DNA from: Eledone cirrhosa
Taxonomy: Eukaryota
Direction of reading: 5' to 3'
DNA: 64,000 nt
NCBI GenBank assembly: GCA_964016885.1
Contig: OZ024754.1
Span: 3,286,001-3,350,000 of the forward strand
The position numbers and the translations under genes were made by a program. The notes under the pieces are model-generated. The model made no database searches and was not told the DNA's origin. It saw only the letters and a list, made by a program, of their open reading frames with translations. Shown here one piece after another: positions 45,145 through 58,072 of the stretch. Positions within the stretch are counted from its first letter, which is position 1. The number at the start of each line of letters is the position of its first letter.

Positions 45145-45565
45145 ACACCGACAGACATAGGTTCAATCTCTCAGCACACCACCTTGGTTAATGTCTTCTT
45201 CCAAAGCCTTACGTTAACCAATGCCTTGTGGCTTGTATACGGACACTGCTGAAGCACGTCACACGCACAGACACGCACAGACACGCACAGACACAGACAG
45301 ACACACACAGACAGACACACCGACAGACAGACAGACAGACAGACACATATATATATACTGTGTGTGTGTGTACGTTTATGCCCCGTACCGGTCAAACCGC
45401 TGAGGTACGGGACATAAAAAAAACAGAAAAGGATTTATAAAATAAGCACAAAGTTGAAAAAATAAATACAGAGGTGATATGATCGTCTAAATCCCAGCAA
45501 ATATATATATATATATATATATATAGAAGAAGAAGAAATTAAAAGATGGTTAGAAAAGTTCCATG

Positions 45566-45636
45566 TATTCTATTATGCACATTTCAAAAACAAATATCAT
45601 CCAGGGGCGATATTTGCGTTCTCATCAGATAAAATA
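45566..45636 (-). ncRNA. Type I hammerhead, family C
   Basis: Minus strand: stem I TATTTTAT/ATAGAATA, CTGATGA, stem II GAA-C-GCAAATATC/GATATTTGT-T-TTT, GAAA, stem III ATGTGCAT, AUA site. Confidence 0.75.
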
Positions 45637-45689
45637 GGGAGACATGATATGAAGCTTAAAAAAGAGACTTGTGAGCAAGGTAGTGTCTA

Positions 45690-45734
<45 letters not shown>

Positions 45735-45923
45735 TTGTTTTGCGAGGTTTTTGATATGAAATCGTGTGTCGAAACAAATATTGTTATACTTGGGAAGGGT
45801 CATATTGTAATAATATTGCCACAATTAACGGAACACACTCACTGTTTGGTTGGTTTTCGCTTCTGTATCTTTTATATCAGTTAATTTATTCGGTCCTGGA
45901 TATATATATATATATATATATAT

Positions 45924-46106
45924 AAATGGCTTCTACAGGACTGGAACTGTTTCATTCGGGAGAAATCATCAGGACTTCCTGATGATTTCTCCCGAATGAA
46001 CCAGTTCTAATCCTGTAGAAAGAAGCATTTTCTATATTAAATATTTATACTCTGCTTTGTATTGAGTACTTTACTTACTGTGGTTAACCCCGATTGAACT
46101 CGGGAT

Positions 46107-46107
<1 letters not shown>
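45924..46107. mobile_element. Family A element with inverted hammerhead pair (45924-45974 minus, 45975-46030 plus)
   Basis: Head-to-head duplicated HHR motifs. The plus copy has GAAA>GAAC and the minus copy has lost stem I. The 3' tail matches 243-312, and (TA)n flanks both sides. Confidence 0.65.
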
Positions 46108-46145
<38 letters not shown>

Positions 46146-46366
46146 TAGTAACGATCGACTTTCGTCAAATCGGACCGAGGAAACAATGTTTCCATTGGTC
46201 TTTCCAGTTGGTAATACTATATATCGGTCGTAACTCCAGGTAGAAGGAGCAACGTGAAATAAAGTGTCTTGCCCAAGGACATAACGCATCGCCTGGTCTG
46301 AGAATCGAACTCACAACCTAACGATTGCGAATCCAATTCTCTAACCACTCAGCCACACCCCTTCAC

Positions 46367-46425
<59 letters not shown>

Positions 46426-46899
46426 AAGAGTTAGTCAATCATGGCCTATCCTGTACCACACCACACTACGCCACTCACTGGCTAGTCGTCTGCTTCAGAC
46501 GACAAAGTTCAACCAAATAAATGATGAAACTTCTATTACGAAGAAGGGCGTTTACAGGCGAACTTACGCAGTGTATGTTGGGTGTCTGTGTGTCTGTCGG
46601 GTGTAGTAGTGGGTGGATGGTAGTGGGAGCTCTGTAAATGTGTAAGAACCGTGGACGTGGTAATGTGGTAGTGGAACCAGCGAGTAGATTCTCTACTGAA
46701 ATATCGTAAACTGCTTTTTTGGTAGGATAGAGAATCGACGGAAAGAAAGTAAAGTTAGTGTGAGATATCAAGTTACAAACACCCGTACATACATACATAT
46801 GTTGCATACATACATATGTACATACATACATATATTTATTTATACACATATACATACATATATGCGTCCATATATACTTATACACATAAATTAAAAAAA

Positions 46900-46932
<33 letters not shown>

Positions 46933-46941
46933 AACACACAC

Positions 46942-46989
<48 letters not shown>

Positions 46990-47144
46990 GTTTCTATTTT
47001 TGGCACAAGGTCAGCAATTATCCCAGTGCATTACTGGTATTTTATTTTATCGACCCCGTAAGGAAGAAAGGCAAAGTTAACTTCGGTGGGATATGAACTC
47101 AGAGCATATAATATGTATATATATATATATGTATCTGTGTGAAT

Positions 47145-47470
47145 ATGTATGAGGCCGAAGTTACATTTGTAAACACCAACCAATCAGTGTGGAGTAAAAG
47201 ATATGTAGTTATGGTGCAAGACAAGTTTAAACAAATGTTTTATTCCCATATCTCGTCTTTTAAACAGCTACGGCAATTGTGAAACAAGTCTGGCAACTGA
47301 AAGACAGGAGTTTTCCTCATATAATAAACTGGAGAATTTATGAAAAGTCCAGACCATATCCAACGGTTCAACGAGTTGTGCTCTTTGTAGTAGGGGAAAA
47401 TACCCTATTCTCTAAGGCTACAATCTTCTAATGTATACTTAAACTCAAAAAGTACTTGTCTTCCTCTTTG
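47145..47470 (+). pseudogene. Frameshifted Penelope-like element GIY-YIG endonuclease relic
   Basis: Three successive frames read YEAEV...KRYVVMVQDKFKQMFYSHISSF / TAIVKQVWQLKD...INWRIYEKSRPY / NGSTSCALCSRGKYPIL...LNSKS. This parallels the PLE endonuclease pattern VYxAxV..YIG...FKxR..H..SF..T.LS..IW.LK..I.W.I...PY.NG...C.LC..EK..I..LN. Confidence 0.75.
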
Positions 47471-47892
47471 AAACATCATCTCTCTTCCCATATTTACAAT
47501 ATTCACAGGTCAACACGCGTTTTCTTCTTCACTCTTTCCTTTCTTGAATCTGCAATTTCCTAAGATTGGATGGCTGTTGACTCTTATGAGTTCCCCTGCC
47601 CTCAATCGGGTTTTGATTTTCTTCCCGCAGGGTGGTGTTTAATATTACCATCTTCGCCAAGCAAGCTTGGTGGGGTTCACTACATAAGACAATAAAAAGG
47701 ATCTCAATCGAAAAAGCTGAAATGTAAAAAAACTATGGAGTTCTGTCTTAAATTGAAGCAGCCAGTCGTTAAACTGAAAGGAAAAAAGAGCCGAGAGATG
47801 AAATTTGCCTTAAGACCCAACGAACGAAGGAACCTCGTGTAAGCCTACGTATACATAAGCTCACACAAACACATATACATACATCTGTGTGC

Positions 47893-47951
<59 letters not shown>

Positions 47952-50318
47952 CTTACATAGATACATACACACAAAATTACCCAAGCACATAAGTATATGA
48001 CCATTTCTCCAACAGTAACAGGAACGTGTGTGTAGGTGGCTCCCTCTGACGTACAGTGGTAAAACTTACTATAGCTGCTAATGAGTAATTCAGTATTCCA
48101 CAGTAGTCCAGCCAGTTCCATCTATTAATGACTTCTCCTTCGTAGGCAAGACTAGTTTGATATCCACATGCTAATTATGGAATCATTAAAGCAGAATCTA
48201 GAATATTGTGAAATCACTAAAGTAACTTATCAAATCTCCTGCTGGTTAATGACTCATTAACATATGGTTTGGCAATTAATTTACTTCTATTTATTTCAAA
48301 GAAAAAAATAGAATAATGAAAGAAAAAGAATTATATATATGTCAAATTTTTGTTTTGACTTTCACTGAATAATCTTGTATGTATATATGTATATATATAT
48401 TGATGGCGATGGTGATTGTGATGTGATGATGTGACCGAGATGTTGGTGGTGGTGGTGGTGGTGGTGTTGGTGGTGTTGGTGTTGTTGGTGGTGTGGATGT
48501 CGTTGTTGGTGTTGTTGTCAGTAAGGAAGTCTTAGTGGAATTGGTGGTGGTTGCTGTCTTGTTGGTGGTGGTGGTGTTGGTAGTGTTGGTGGTGTTGGTG
48601 GTGCTGGTGATAGTGTTGGTGTTGTTGTCAGTAAGGAAGTCTTAGTGGAATTGGTGGTGGTTGCTGTCTTGTTGGTGGTGGTGGTGTTGGTAGTGTTGGT
48701 GGTGTTGGTGGTGTTGATGGTGCTGGTGATCGTGTTGGTGTTGTTGTCAGTAATGGAAGTCTTGGTGGAATTGGTGGTGGTTTCGGTCTTGGTAGGTAGT
48801 GTTGATGGCATTGGTGATGTTGGTGATGGTGGCGTTGGTGGCGTGTGTGTGTGTGTGTGTGTGTGTCGGGGAGGGGGGGGATGTTGGCCTCACAATTAAA
48901 ATTCTACAAAGTCGGTCGCCGCTGATCGTGTGATGTCTCCATGGTAGAAAGAAAGGTGGAACTGATATCTGCTTCGGATATCACACCTTGCTTTGAAAAA
49001 CAAAACGAAAACAAGAAGAAAAAAACAAAACGAAAAAAAAACAAAAAACAAAAAAAAAAACAAGCCGACGACAACAACAACAATAATAACGAGGACGATG
49101 ACAACAACGACGACGACATTACAATGACATAACAACAACAACAACACCAACAGCAAAATGAAAACCACAAGATTAATAATGAGAAGTGTAAAAACCACAA
49201 CAATAACAACAACAACAATAATAGCAACGAGAAAAACAACCTTTTCTTCCTCCTCCTCATCATCACCATCATCATCATCATCAACAACAACAACAATAGC
49301 CATAGCAACGTTGACATCAACAACCACAACAAAAACAACTGCAACAACAACAAAAACAACTGCACAATAATAGCAGCCACCACAATCACTACCATCATCA
49401 CTACCGCCATTACAACAACAATAACCACAACAACAGTAACCACCACAACAGCAATAACCACAACAACAATAACAACAGTAACCACAACAACAGCGACAGC
49501 AATAATCACAACAACAATAACAGTAACCACAACAACAGCGACAGCAATAATCACAACAACAATAACAGTAACCACAACAACAGCGACAGCAATAATCACA
49601 ACAACAATAACAACAGTAACAATAACCACCACAACAATAACAACATCCACAACAGTTATTATAACCACAACAACAATAACAACATCCACAACAGTTACTA
49701 TAACCACAACAACAATAACAGTAACAACAATAACAGCCACAACAACAACCTCAATAACATCAGTAACAATAACCACAACAACAATAACAACAAGAGCAAC
49801 AACCGTACGGAAAAGTGTGAATTGGATGAGAGGCAGTAATTAGCAAACAATTAAGATAGCGAACTTATTTTGAACATTGCTGAACACACATGGGAAATAA
49901 TAGGAGGGGAGGGGGCAATATTGGGTTGGTAGTGGGGTCTGAAGATAGTGTAAGGGGGCTGGAATATATTGATATAAGGGGGCAGATTATGTGTGTGTGT
50001 GTGATCTTAAGGCGAGAACTGTAAGACGAAAAGATGGCGCTTAAATGTAAACGAAACCCTTTGATATTTATACATTGACACATTCATATATATATATATA
50101 CATACACATACCCCCCCCCCCCCCCACACACAGACGTAGACACAGATATACATATATACATTCACACACTCACATATGTACATATATACATATACATACA
50201 TACGTACACACACAGGCAAACACACACACATACATACATACATACATACATACATACATACATACATACATACACACAGACACACAGACACACAGACACA
50301 CAGACACACAGACACACA

Positions 50319-50375
<57 letters not shown>

Positions 50376-50880
50376 ATATGTATATTATATACATGTATAT
50401 ATTTATATAACAGAAGACCAGACTGGAAATATCCTTTTAAAGTTTTAATGTTGCATAAAACATTATACATATTTCAATGGTTAAGTTACATCATCCGATC
50501 ATGACGTAAGACCTTGGCGACATTATCAGGTTCGGATTGCATAATTAGTTAGTCAATAAAAGGAATTACGGCAAACAAGAATCGAGAATAGATAATATAC
50601 TTGACTCGGAGATGGCCCACAAAATTCGGTATTTTGTTGCGGCGAACAATTTCCTAATATCACATTTATCAATACTAAGCATTGTGGGTTTGGTAAGCGC
50701 GACCAATGGGGGCGCTGGGGTTGTTCATAGACAATGCCATGCAGTTAATGAGAACCAAGCGGTCTGCTGGTAGAAAAATTAGGGGCACTAAACTCTGTGT
50801 GTTCAGACTCTGTATCAGCTATGGGTTTCATTGTCTACCATAGATGAGTTGCATAACGTAGAGTACTGTTCTTATTATTA

Positions 50881-50928
<48 letters not shown>

Positions 50929-51878
50929 TTGTGTGTGTGTAAATGGCAAAAGGAAATAAGAAAACAAACGACACTAATATATTTGTTTAATGTTTGAAAT
51001 AGCAGAGAGAGAGAGTCTTAACGTTTCGGACACTAATTCTTTTTCGTTTTCTTTTTTTTCTTTCTCTTTTTCTTCTTTCACCATCACCACAACTGTTACC
51101 ACTACCTCATTATCTTCCCCTTCTCCATTCCTTCCATCTTTTTCTCACCTTTTCTTTAATTTTCCTCAGCAGTAATCCCCCTCCCCACACCCCACCCCCG
51201 CTCTCATTTCTTCTTTTCGTTTAGTTTCTGTCATCATCACTGTTGTTGTTGGTGTTGTTGTTGTTGTTGTTGTTTAATGTAAAGAGGATAGAAGAACACA
51301 TGCAGAGGGGGTGAGTCAACGTGGTTGGAATTCCACCAAGAATGGTGAATCTAGAGCAAGCGTCTAACTAGACCTCCAGAAATGTGAATTTGTTTATGTG
51401 AAGGAGACAATAGAAGACAAAAAAGATATTTTGATAAAAAAAAATATATAAGCATAAATAGGCACACACATAGAGACACATACATACACATATGTATGTA
51501 TGTATGTATGTATGTATATATATTTATATATATATATATATATATATAATGTGTGTGTGTGTGTGTGCATCCATATATATGTGTATATATATGTGTGTAT
51601 ATATGTGTGTATATATGTGTGTATGTGTGTATATATGTGTGTATATATGTGTGTATATATGTGTGTATATATGTGTATATATGTGTGTATATATGTATAT
51701 ATATATGTGTATATATATGTGTGTATGTATGTATATGTATATATAAGTATATATGTATGTATATATGTATATATATATATGCATATATATATATATGTGC
51801 ATATATATTTATATGCATATATATGCATATATATGTATATATGCATATATATTTATATATATATTTATTTTTGTATGT

Positions 51879-51972
<94 letters not shown>

Positions 51973-52220
51973 GAAGCGATCTCCTCTACACTGTAGTTAC
52001 ATGTGCTGGCTTAAGGCGGCTATTGCTGCAGTGTCTGTGTGTATGTATACATGTATGTGTTTATATGTATTCATGTGTGTGTGTGTGTGTGAGACAACAG
52101 ACATGACACCTTTCTTTACACATCTTTCTCACTTTCAATACAAACAAAATATCACCTTCATTTTTATGTGTCTGTGTCTCTGTGTGTGTGACTCCATGTC
52201 TGTGTATATATACACATATG

Positions 52221-52260
<40 letters not shown>

Positions 52261-52266
52261 TATGCT

Positions 52267-52311
<45 letters not shown>

Positions 52312-52314
52312 GCT

Positions 52315-52361
<47 letters not shown>

Positions 52362-52364
52362 GCT

Positions 52365-52415
<51 letters not shown>

Positions 52416-52422
52416 GCTTATG

Positions 52423-52453
<31 letters not shown>

Positions 52454-52454
52454 G

Positions 52455-52507
<53 letters not shown>

Positions 52508-53408
52508 GCTTATCTATATATATATATTTAAGAGTTAAACAAGATTCAATGAATACATCAAAGAATATATATATATATACAATAGAATTATTTATAATTG
52601 AAAGGTATCACCTCAACTATGAACAAATAATAAACTATAATCTTGGTATATTATGATCAATACATATATATATAGTTGAAAATTCTGACCTCTTTAAGTT
52701 TAATTATAAGGCCGGTTGATACTTTAGGCACTCAAACTATTTAACAATAAATTCTTTAATTATTATAAATTATATTATAGAAGCTTTGTCAATATTATAA
52801 GTAATGTTGGTAAAGATTACCTTCGTTGGGATATAAACATTATATATATATATTTTCTTTCTTTCTCGTGTGTCGTAAATCCTTTAAATTTGTTTACATT
52901 AAATTTGAATTTTAGAAATTTAACATAACTATATTATAATATTAATACAAATATCTATTAACTTTTAAAACCTAAAATATGATTTTTTACCCTGAAATAA
53001 CATGCATTAAATATTTTGAAAATTAACCGCCAACTATATTATATAGAAATCTGTGTGTATAGAAACTTGAACATAAATTACTCCCCTTTTGTCTCTCTCT
53101 CTCTCTCTTTAATCATCTTTCATCTGTCTTCTCAAGCCACATACTAAATATGTCATCACATCAGCTGTTTCTTCCTCTGTTTTCCTTTCCCTCCTCTTTC
53201 TCTAGTAGTTTTTAAAAATTAAAAGTTTATAACTGTTATATTGATACCATGTATTTCTTAAAATATATTACACGCACCCTCTCTATTGTTTGTATTACGT
53301 TATCTCATGTTATCAATATTAGGTTATAAATATCGAGTTTTGTCATAAGTTAATCACTACCTTGATTAAATCTTAACCATCTACCATGTCAGGGTATGTC
53401 ATGTATCA

Positions 53409-53481
53409 TTTTATTTTATCTGATGAGGACGTACTGTTGAACTTAATTCAGTACCTCTGAAATATGTATAATAAAATAAAA
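53409..53481 (+). ncRNA. Type I hammerhead, family C
   Basis: Stem I TTTTATTTTAT/ATAAAATAAAA, CTGATGA, stem II GGA-C-GTACTG/CAGTAC-C-TCT, GAAA, stem III ATATGTAT, AUA site. Confidence 0.75.
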
Positions 53482-53612
53482 TTGATCACAAGAATATCTA
53501 TTTTGTTAATATTTTGAATTAATATTATATATATATACACACACATAAGCTTATGTATGTATATATATATAAATATATATATAATATATATATATATACA
53601 CATATGCTTATG

Positions 53613-53643
<31 letters not shown>

Positions 53644-53672
53644 GCTTATGTATATATATATATACATATGCT

Positions 53673-53716
<44 letters not shown>

Positions 53717-53789
53717 CATACATATGCTTATGTATATATATATATATGTATATATATATAAATATATATATAATATATATACATATGCT

Positions 53790-53834
<45 letters not shown>

Positions 53835-54119
53835 ACACACACGCACGCACGCACGCTTATATATATATATATATATATAATATATTTAAAAACACACAGA
53901 TACATGCGGACACACACATATATACATGAATGCATCCGCACCCAACTGTGAGTTAAGGGTGCCAACTTCACCGATGTTGCTCAATGAATGACTGGGACAG
54001 ACCAATTCAGTTTGAACCAGACTGAACCAGTATCAGAGTTAAAAATACATTATGAAGAGAGAAGAAACATTTAGATATAATTAGTAATAAAATGTATCAT
54101 ACCTAAACTGTTCCTAAAT

Positions 54120-54207
54120 TCCTCGACTACGTAGTTTCGTGGCATAAACAAAAACAATATATCAAAGATATAGAGTCCTTGTGAGGTCTGCCAACTTATC
54201 AAGAGGA
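54120..54207 (-). ncRNA. Type I hammerhead ribozyme, U3:A8 variant (inverted copy)
   Basis: Reverse complement of copy 1 with one substitution in a stem II sub-loop. Confidence 0.78.
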
Positions 54208-54347
54208 TACCTCATTTTACTAGTCTCAAGAACGCGTCTACACGACGTGAGAAAGAATCCCAAAAGGCGGAGGGGGAGATAGTCACGCGATATAACGGTC
54301 GAGAAACAGAGCTAAAGACGCGTTCTTGAGACTAGTAAAATGAGGTA

Positions 54348-54435
54348 TCCTCTTGATAAGTTGGCAGACCTCGCAAGGACTCTATATCTTTGATATATTG
54401 TTTTTGTTTATGCCACGAAACTACGTAGTCGAGGA
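54348..54435 (+). ncRNA. Type I hammerhead ribozyme, U3:A8 core variant (copy 1)
   Basis: Stem I TCCTC/GAGGA, core TTGATAA...GAAA, stem II GT(T)GGCA/TGCCAC, palindromic stem III ACTACGTAGT. GUC site, predicted cut after 54430. Confidence 0.8.
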
Positions 54436-54938
54436 ATTTAGGAACAGTTTAGGTATGATACATTTTATTACTAATTATATCTAAATGTTTCTTCTCTCTT
54501 CATAATGTATTTTTAACTCTGATACTGGTTCAGTCTGGTTCAAACTGAATTGGTCTGTCCCAGTCATTCATTGAGCAACATCGGTGAAGTTGGCACCCTT
54601 AACTCACAGTTGGGTGCGGATGCATTCATGTATATATGTGTGTGTCCGCATGTATCTGTGTGTTTTTAAATATATTAATAACTCCCTCTGGTCGAGCAAT
54701 CTTTGAAGTGTGGGGACAACTGGAAAGCTTCCATTACTCATACTTCTCGCCTTCTTCACTACCTCTTCTACGGCCTCGATATGAATACCCCCTCCGCCTC
54801 CGTGGTATTTTCTTCGTGGTTATAAGAGGCTTAGCTCTGTTTCTCGACCGTTATATCGCGTGACTATCTCCCCCTCCGCCTTTTGGGATTCTTTCTCACG
54901 TCGTGTAGACGCGTTCTTGAGACTAGTAAAATGAGGTA

Positions 54939-55026
54939 TCCTCTTGATAAGTTGGCAGACCTCGCAAGGACTCTATATCTTTGATATATTGTTTTTGTTT
55001 ATGCCACGAAACTACGTAGTCGAGGA
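54939..55026 (+). ncRNA. Type I hammerhead ribozyme, U3:A8 variant (copy 2)
   Basis: Identical to copy 1, shifted by 591 bp. Predicted cut after 55021. Confidence 0.8.
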
Positions 55027-55529
55027 ATTTAGGAACAGTTTAGGTATGATACATTTTATTACTAATTATATCTAAATGTTTCTTCTCTCTTCATAATGTA
55101 TTTTTAACTCTGATACTGGTTCAGTCTGGTTCAAACTGAATTGGTCTGTCCCAGTCATTCATTGAGCAACATCGGTGAAGTTGGCACCCTTAACTCACAG
55201 TTGGGTGCGGATGCATTCATGTATATATGTGTGTGTCCGCATGTATCTGTGTGTTTTTAAATATATTAATAACTCCCTCTGGTCGAGCAATCTTTGAAGT
55301 GTGGGGACAACTGGAAAGCTTCCATTACTCATACTTCTCGCCTTCTTCACTACCTCTTCTACGGCCTCGATATGAATACCCCCTCCGCCTCCGTGGTATT
55401 TTCTTCGTGGTTATAAGAGGCTTAGCTCTGTTTCTCGACCGTTATATCGCGTGACTATCTCCCCCTCCGCCTTTTGGGATTCTTTCTCACGTCGTGTAGA
55501 CGCGTTCTTGAGACTAGTAAAATGAGGTA

Positions 55530-55617
55530 TCCTCTTGATAAGTTGGCAGACCTCGCAAGGACTCTATATCTTTGATATATTGTTTTTGTTTATGCCACGA
55601 AACTACGTAGTCGAGGA
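55530..55617 (+). ncRNA. Type I hammerhead ribozyme, U3:A8 variant (copy 3)
   Basis: Identical to copy 1, shifted by 1182 bp. Predicted cut after 55612. Confidence 0.8.
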
Positions 55618-55689
55618 ATTTAGGAACAGTTTAGGTATGATACATTTTATTACTAATTATATCTAAATGTTTCTTCTCTCTTCATAATG

Positions 55690-55728
<39 letters not shown>

Positions 55729-55853
55729 CTTGTTTCTCAATGTGTGTGTGAGTGTGTGTTTCTGTATGTGTAAATGTTTGGGAATTATTTGAAGTAGTTT
55801 TGAGCGATGGACAAAATATAAGAAATATTTCTCGCCTGGGTTGACGCCTATTC

Positions 55854-55918
55854 TTACCGAATGTTACCGAACGTTACCGAATGTTACCGAACGTTACCGA
55901 ATGTTACCGAACGTCACT
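55854..55918. repeat. 10-bp tandem repeat TTACCGAA(T/C)G
   Basis: Six to seven copies alternating ATG/ACG. Confidence 0.85.
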
Positions 55919-56291
55919 GATTGCCGCCGAATATGTACATACTGGATTACTGTTAGAAATAAATATTTAATTTAAAATGGTCGGATTCCTTAACTCTTCT
56001 CATATTAACGCCAAGCAAGTTACTGTTAATATATTTCAGTAAAAAATGATTAGAAATTTGAAATATGTATGTCCCAATAGAACCGACCACCTTGTTAATG
56101 GCGGAGACGAGGAAAGTTGGGTAGAGGCTAATCACTACGCTAAACATTATTGGCCAGCTTTTCCGCCATTTTAGATTTTAAGCTTGTAGCTACGAGTGTC
56201 ATTTTAAAAATGGTCAAACATTATACACTTATGTGTATAGTATATACGAAGAACGGCTGAATAGTTCATGCATTGATTTCAACTCTTATAA

Positions 56292-56806
56292 AATAACTGT
56301 ATTGTTTCTTTCCAGAGACTATGTTGAAAAATAAACCTCATTTGGTCATTCCATGAGAGTATCTTGGTCAGCCTATGAAACTTTCAACCGACCCTCGTAA
56401 TAACCGCATTGTTTCTTTCCAGAGAGTATGTAGAAAAATAAACCTCATTTGGTCATTCCATGAGAGTATCTTGGTCAGCCTATGAAACTTTCAACCGACC
56501 CTCGTAATAACCGCATTGTTTCTTTCCAGAGAGTATGTAGAAAAATAAACCTCATTTGGTCATTCCATGAGAGTATCTTGGTCAGCCTATGAAACTTTCA
56601 ACCGACCCTCGTAATAACCGCATTGTTTCTTTCCAGAGAGTATGTAGAAAAATAAACCTCATTTGGTCATTCCATGAGAGTATCTTGGTCAGCCTATGAA
56701 ACTTTCAACCGACCCTCGTAATAACTGCATTGTTTCTTTCCAGAGACTATGTAGAAAAATAAACCTCATTTGGTCATTCCATGAGAGTATCTTGGTCAGC
56801 CTATGA
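56292..56806. repeat. 107-bp tandem repeat derived from a mariner-like MITE end (about 4.8 copies)
   Basis: TAACCGCATT recurs at 56401, 56508 and 56615. The unit is the reverse complement of the MITE end at 31054-31160. Confidence 0.9.
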
Positions 56807-57375
56807 GCCCTTTAGACGAACCTTGCTGAAGTGTTAACAAAGAAACTAACTTAAGAAGCGTAGAAATATTTAAGTTGTTAAATTAACGAAAACCAATTCT
56901 GTATAAATTGCAGTAAAATAATTTCAATATCATTTTTAAAATAATCTAGAATTAGTAATATAGATAACTTTCTATATCTTAAATCTAGTGTTTGGAATAT
57001 AACTTAACAAGATTCTTACTTAAAACTATTACGGAAGCTGTTAAAATAAATATAAACTCTTTGCAGCAGTCAATTTTCTTTCATAGAACACAAGATGGTT
57101 TTAGACGGTTTGTTATGAGAAGAATAAATGAGATAATATTTCTTACGTAAGCTTGAAGGTTGAGATTTTTTAACAAGGCAAATAAGAGATGTGTTAACAT
57201 CCATCCCTTTTCTATAGAATTAACGTTGTGCTCTTACGGCTGGAGTATTTTGGTAAATAACATAACGTGTTCCGATACTATGGATATGTGGTTAGAATGT
57301 CTTAGGAGATCAGAGAGTCACTCCAGGTAGAGCTGCTACTTCTCCGAATTGAGATATCACAGCTCCGATACTATG

Positions 57376-58072
57376 GAAAGAATCGCTGGAGATATTTGTA
57401 GCTCAGAAATCAGTCACTCCAGGTACAGCCGCTACTTCTCCGAATTGAGAGATCACAGCTCTGATTACTATGGATATTTGGTAAGAATGTCTCAGGAAAG
57501 AATCGCTGGAGATATTTGTAGCTCAGAAATCAGTCACTCCAGGTACAGCCGCTACTTCTCCGAATTGAGAGATCACAGCTCTGATTACTATGGATATTTG
57601 GTAAGAATGTCTCAGGAAAGAATCGCTGGAGATATTTGTAGCTCAGAAATCAGTCACTCCAGGTACAGCCGCTACTTCTCCGAATTGAGAGATCACAGCT
57701 CTGATTACTATGGATATTTGGTAAGAATGTCTCAGGAAAGAATCGCTGGAGATATTTGTAGCTCAGAAATCAGTCACTCCAGGTACAGCCGCTACTTCTC
57801 CGAATTGAGAGATCACAGCTCTGATTACTATGGATATTTGGTAAGAATGTCTCAGGAAAGAATCGCTGGAGATATTTGTAGCTCAGAAATCAGTCACTCC
57901 AGGTACAGCCGCTACTTCTCCGAATTGAGAGATCACAGCTCTGATTACTATGGATATTTGGTAAGAATGTCTCAGGAAAGAATCGCTGGAGATATTTGTA
58001 GCTCAGAAATCAGTCACTCCAGGTACAGCCGCTACTTCTCCGAATTGAGAGATCACAGCTCCGATATTATGG
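57376..58072 (+). repeat. 120-bp tandem repeat derived from an RTE LINE fragment (about 5.8 copies)
   Basis: Exact 120-bp period, and the unit matches 10545-10650. Confidence 0.92.

Larger units (their letters stand above)
53878..55693 (+). mobile_element. Hammerhead-bearing 591-bp tandem element (retrozyme / PLE pseudo-LTR array) with inverted partial copy
   Basis: 54316-55693 is 2.33 direct copies of a 591-bp unit, and 53878-54315 is an inverted partial copy. (TA)n flanks both sides. There is no long ORF, and each unit has one HHR. Confidence 0.85.

Noticed and set aside
46480-46545. CAGACGA...GAAA hammerhead-like string
   Set aside because: Core U4 is altered, there is no stem II and no UH cleavage site.
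54636-55454. Duplicated 75-aa ORF in the 591-bp unit
   Set aside because: Starts in a TG-rich patch and has no recognisable domain, so the unit is treated as non-coding.
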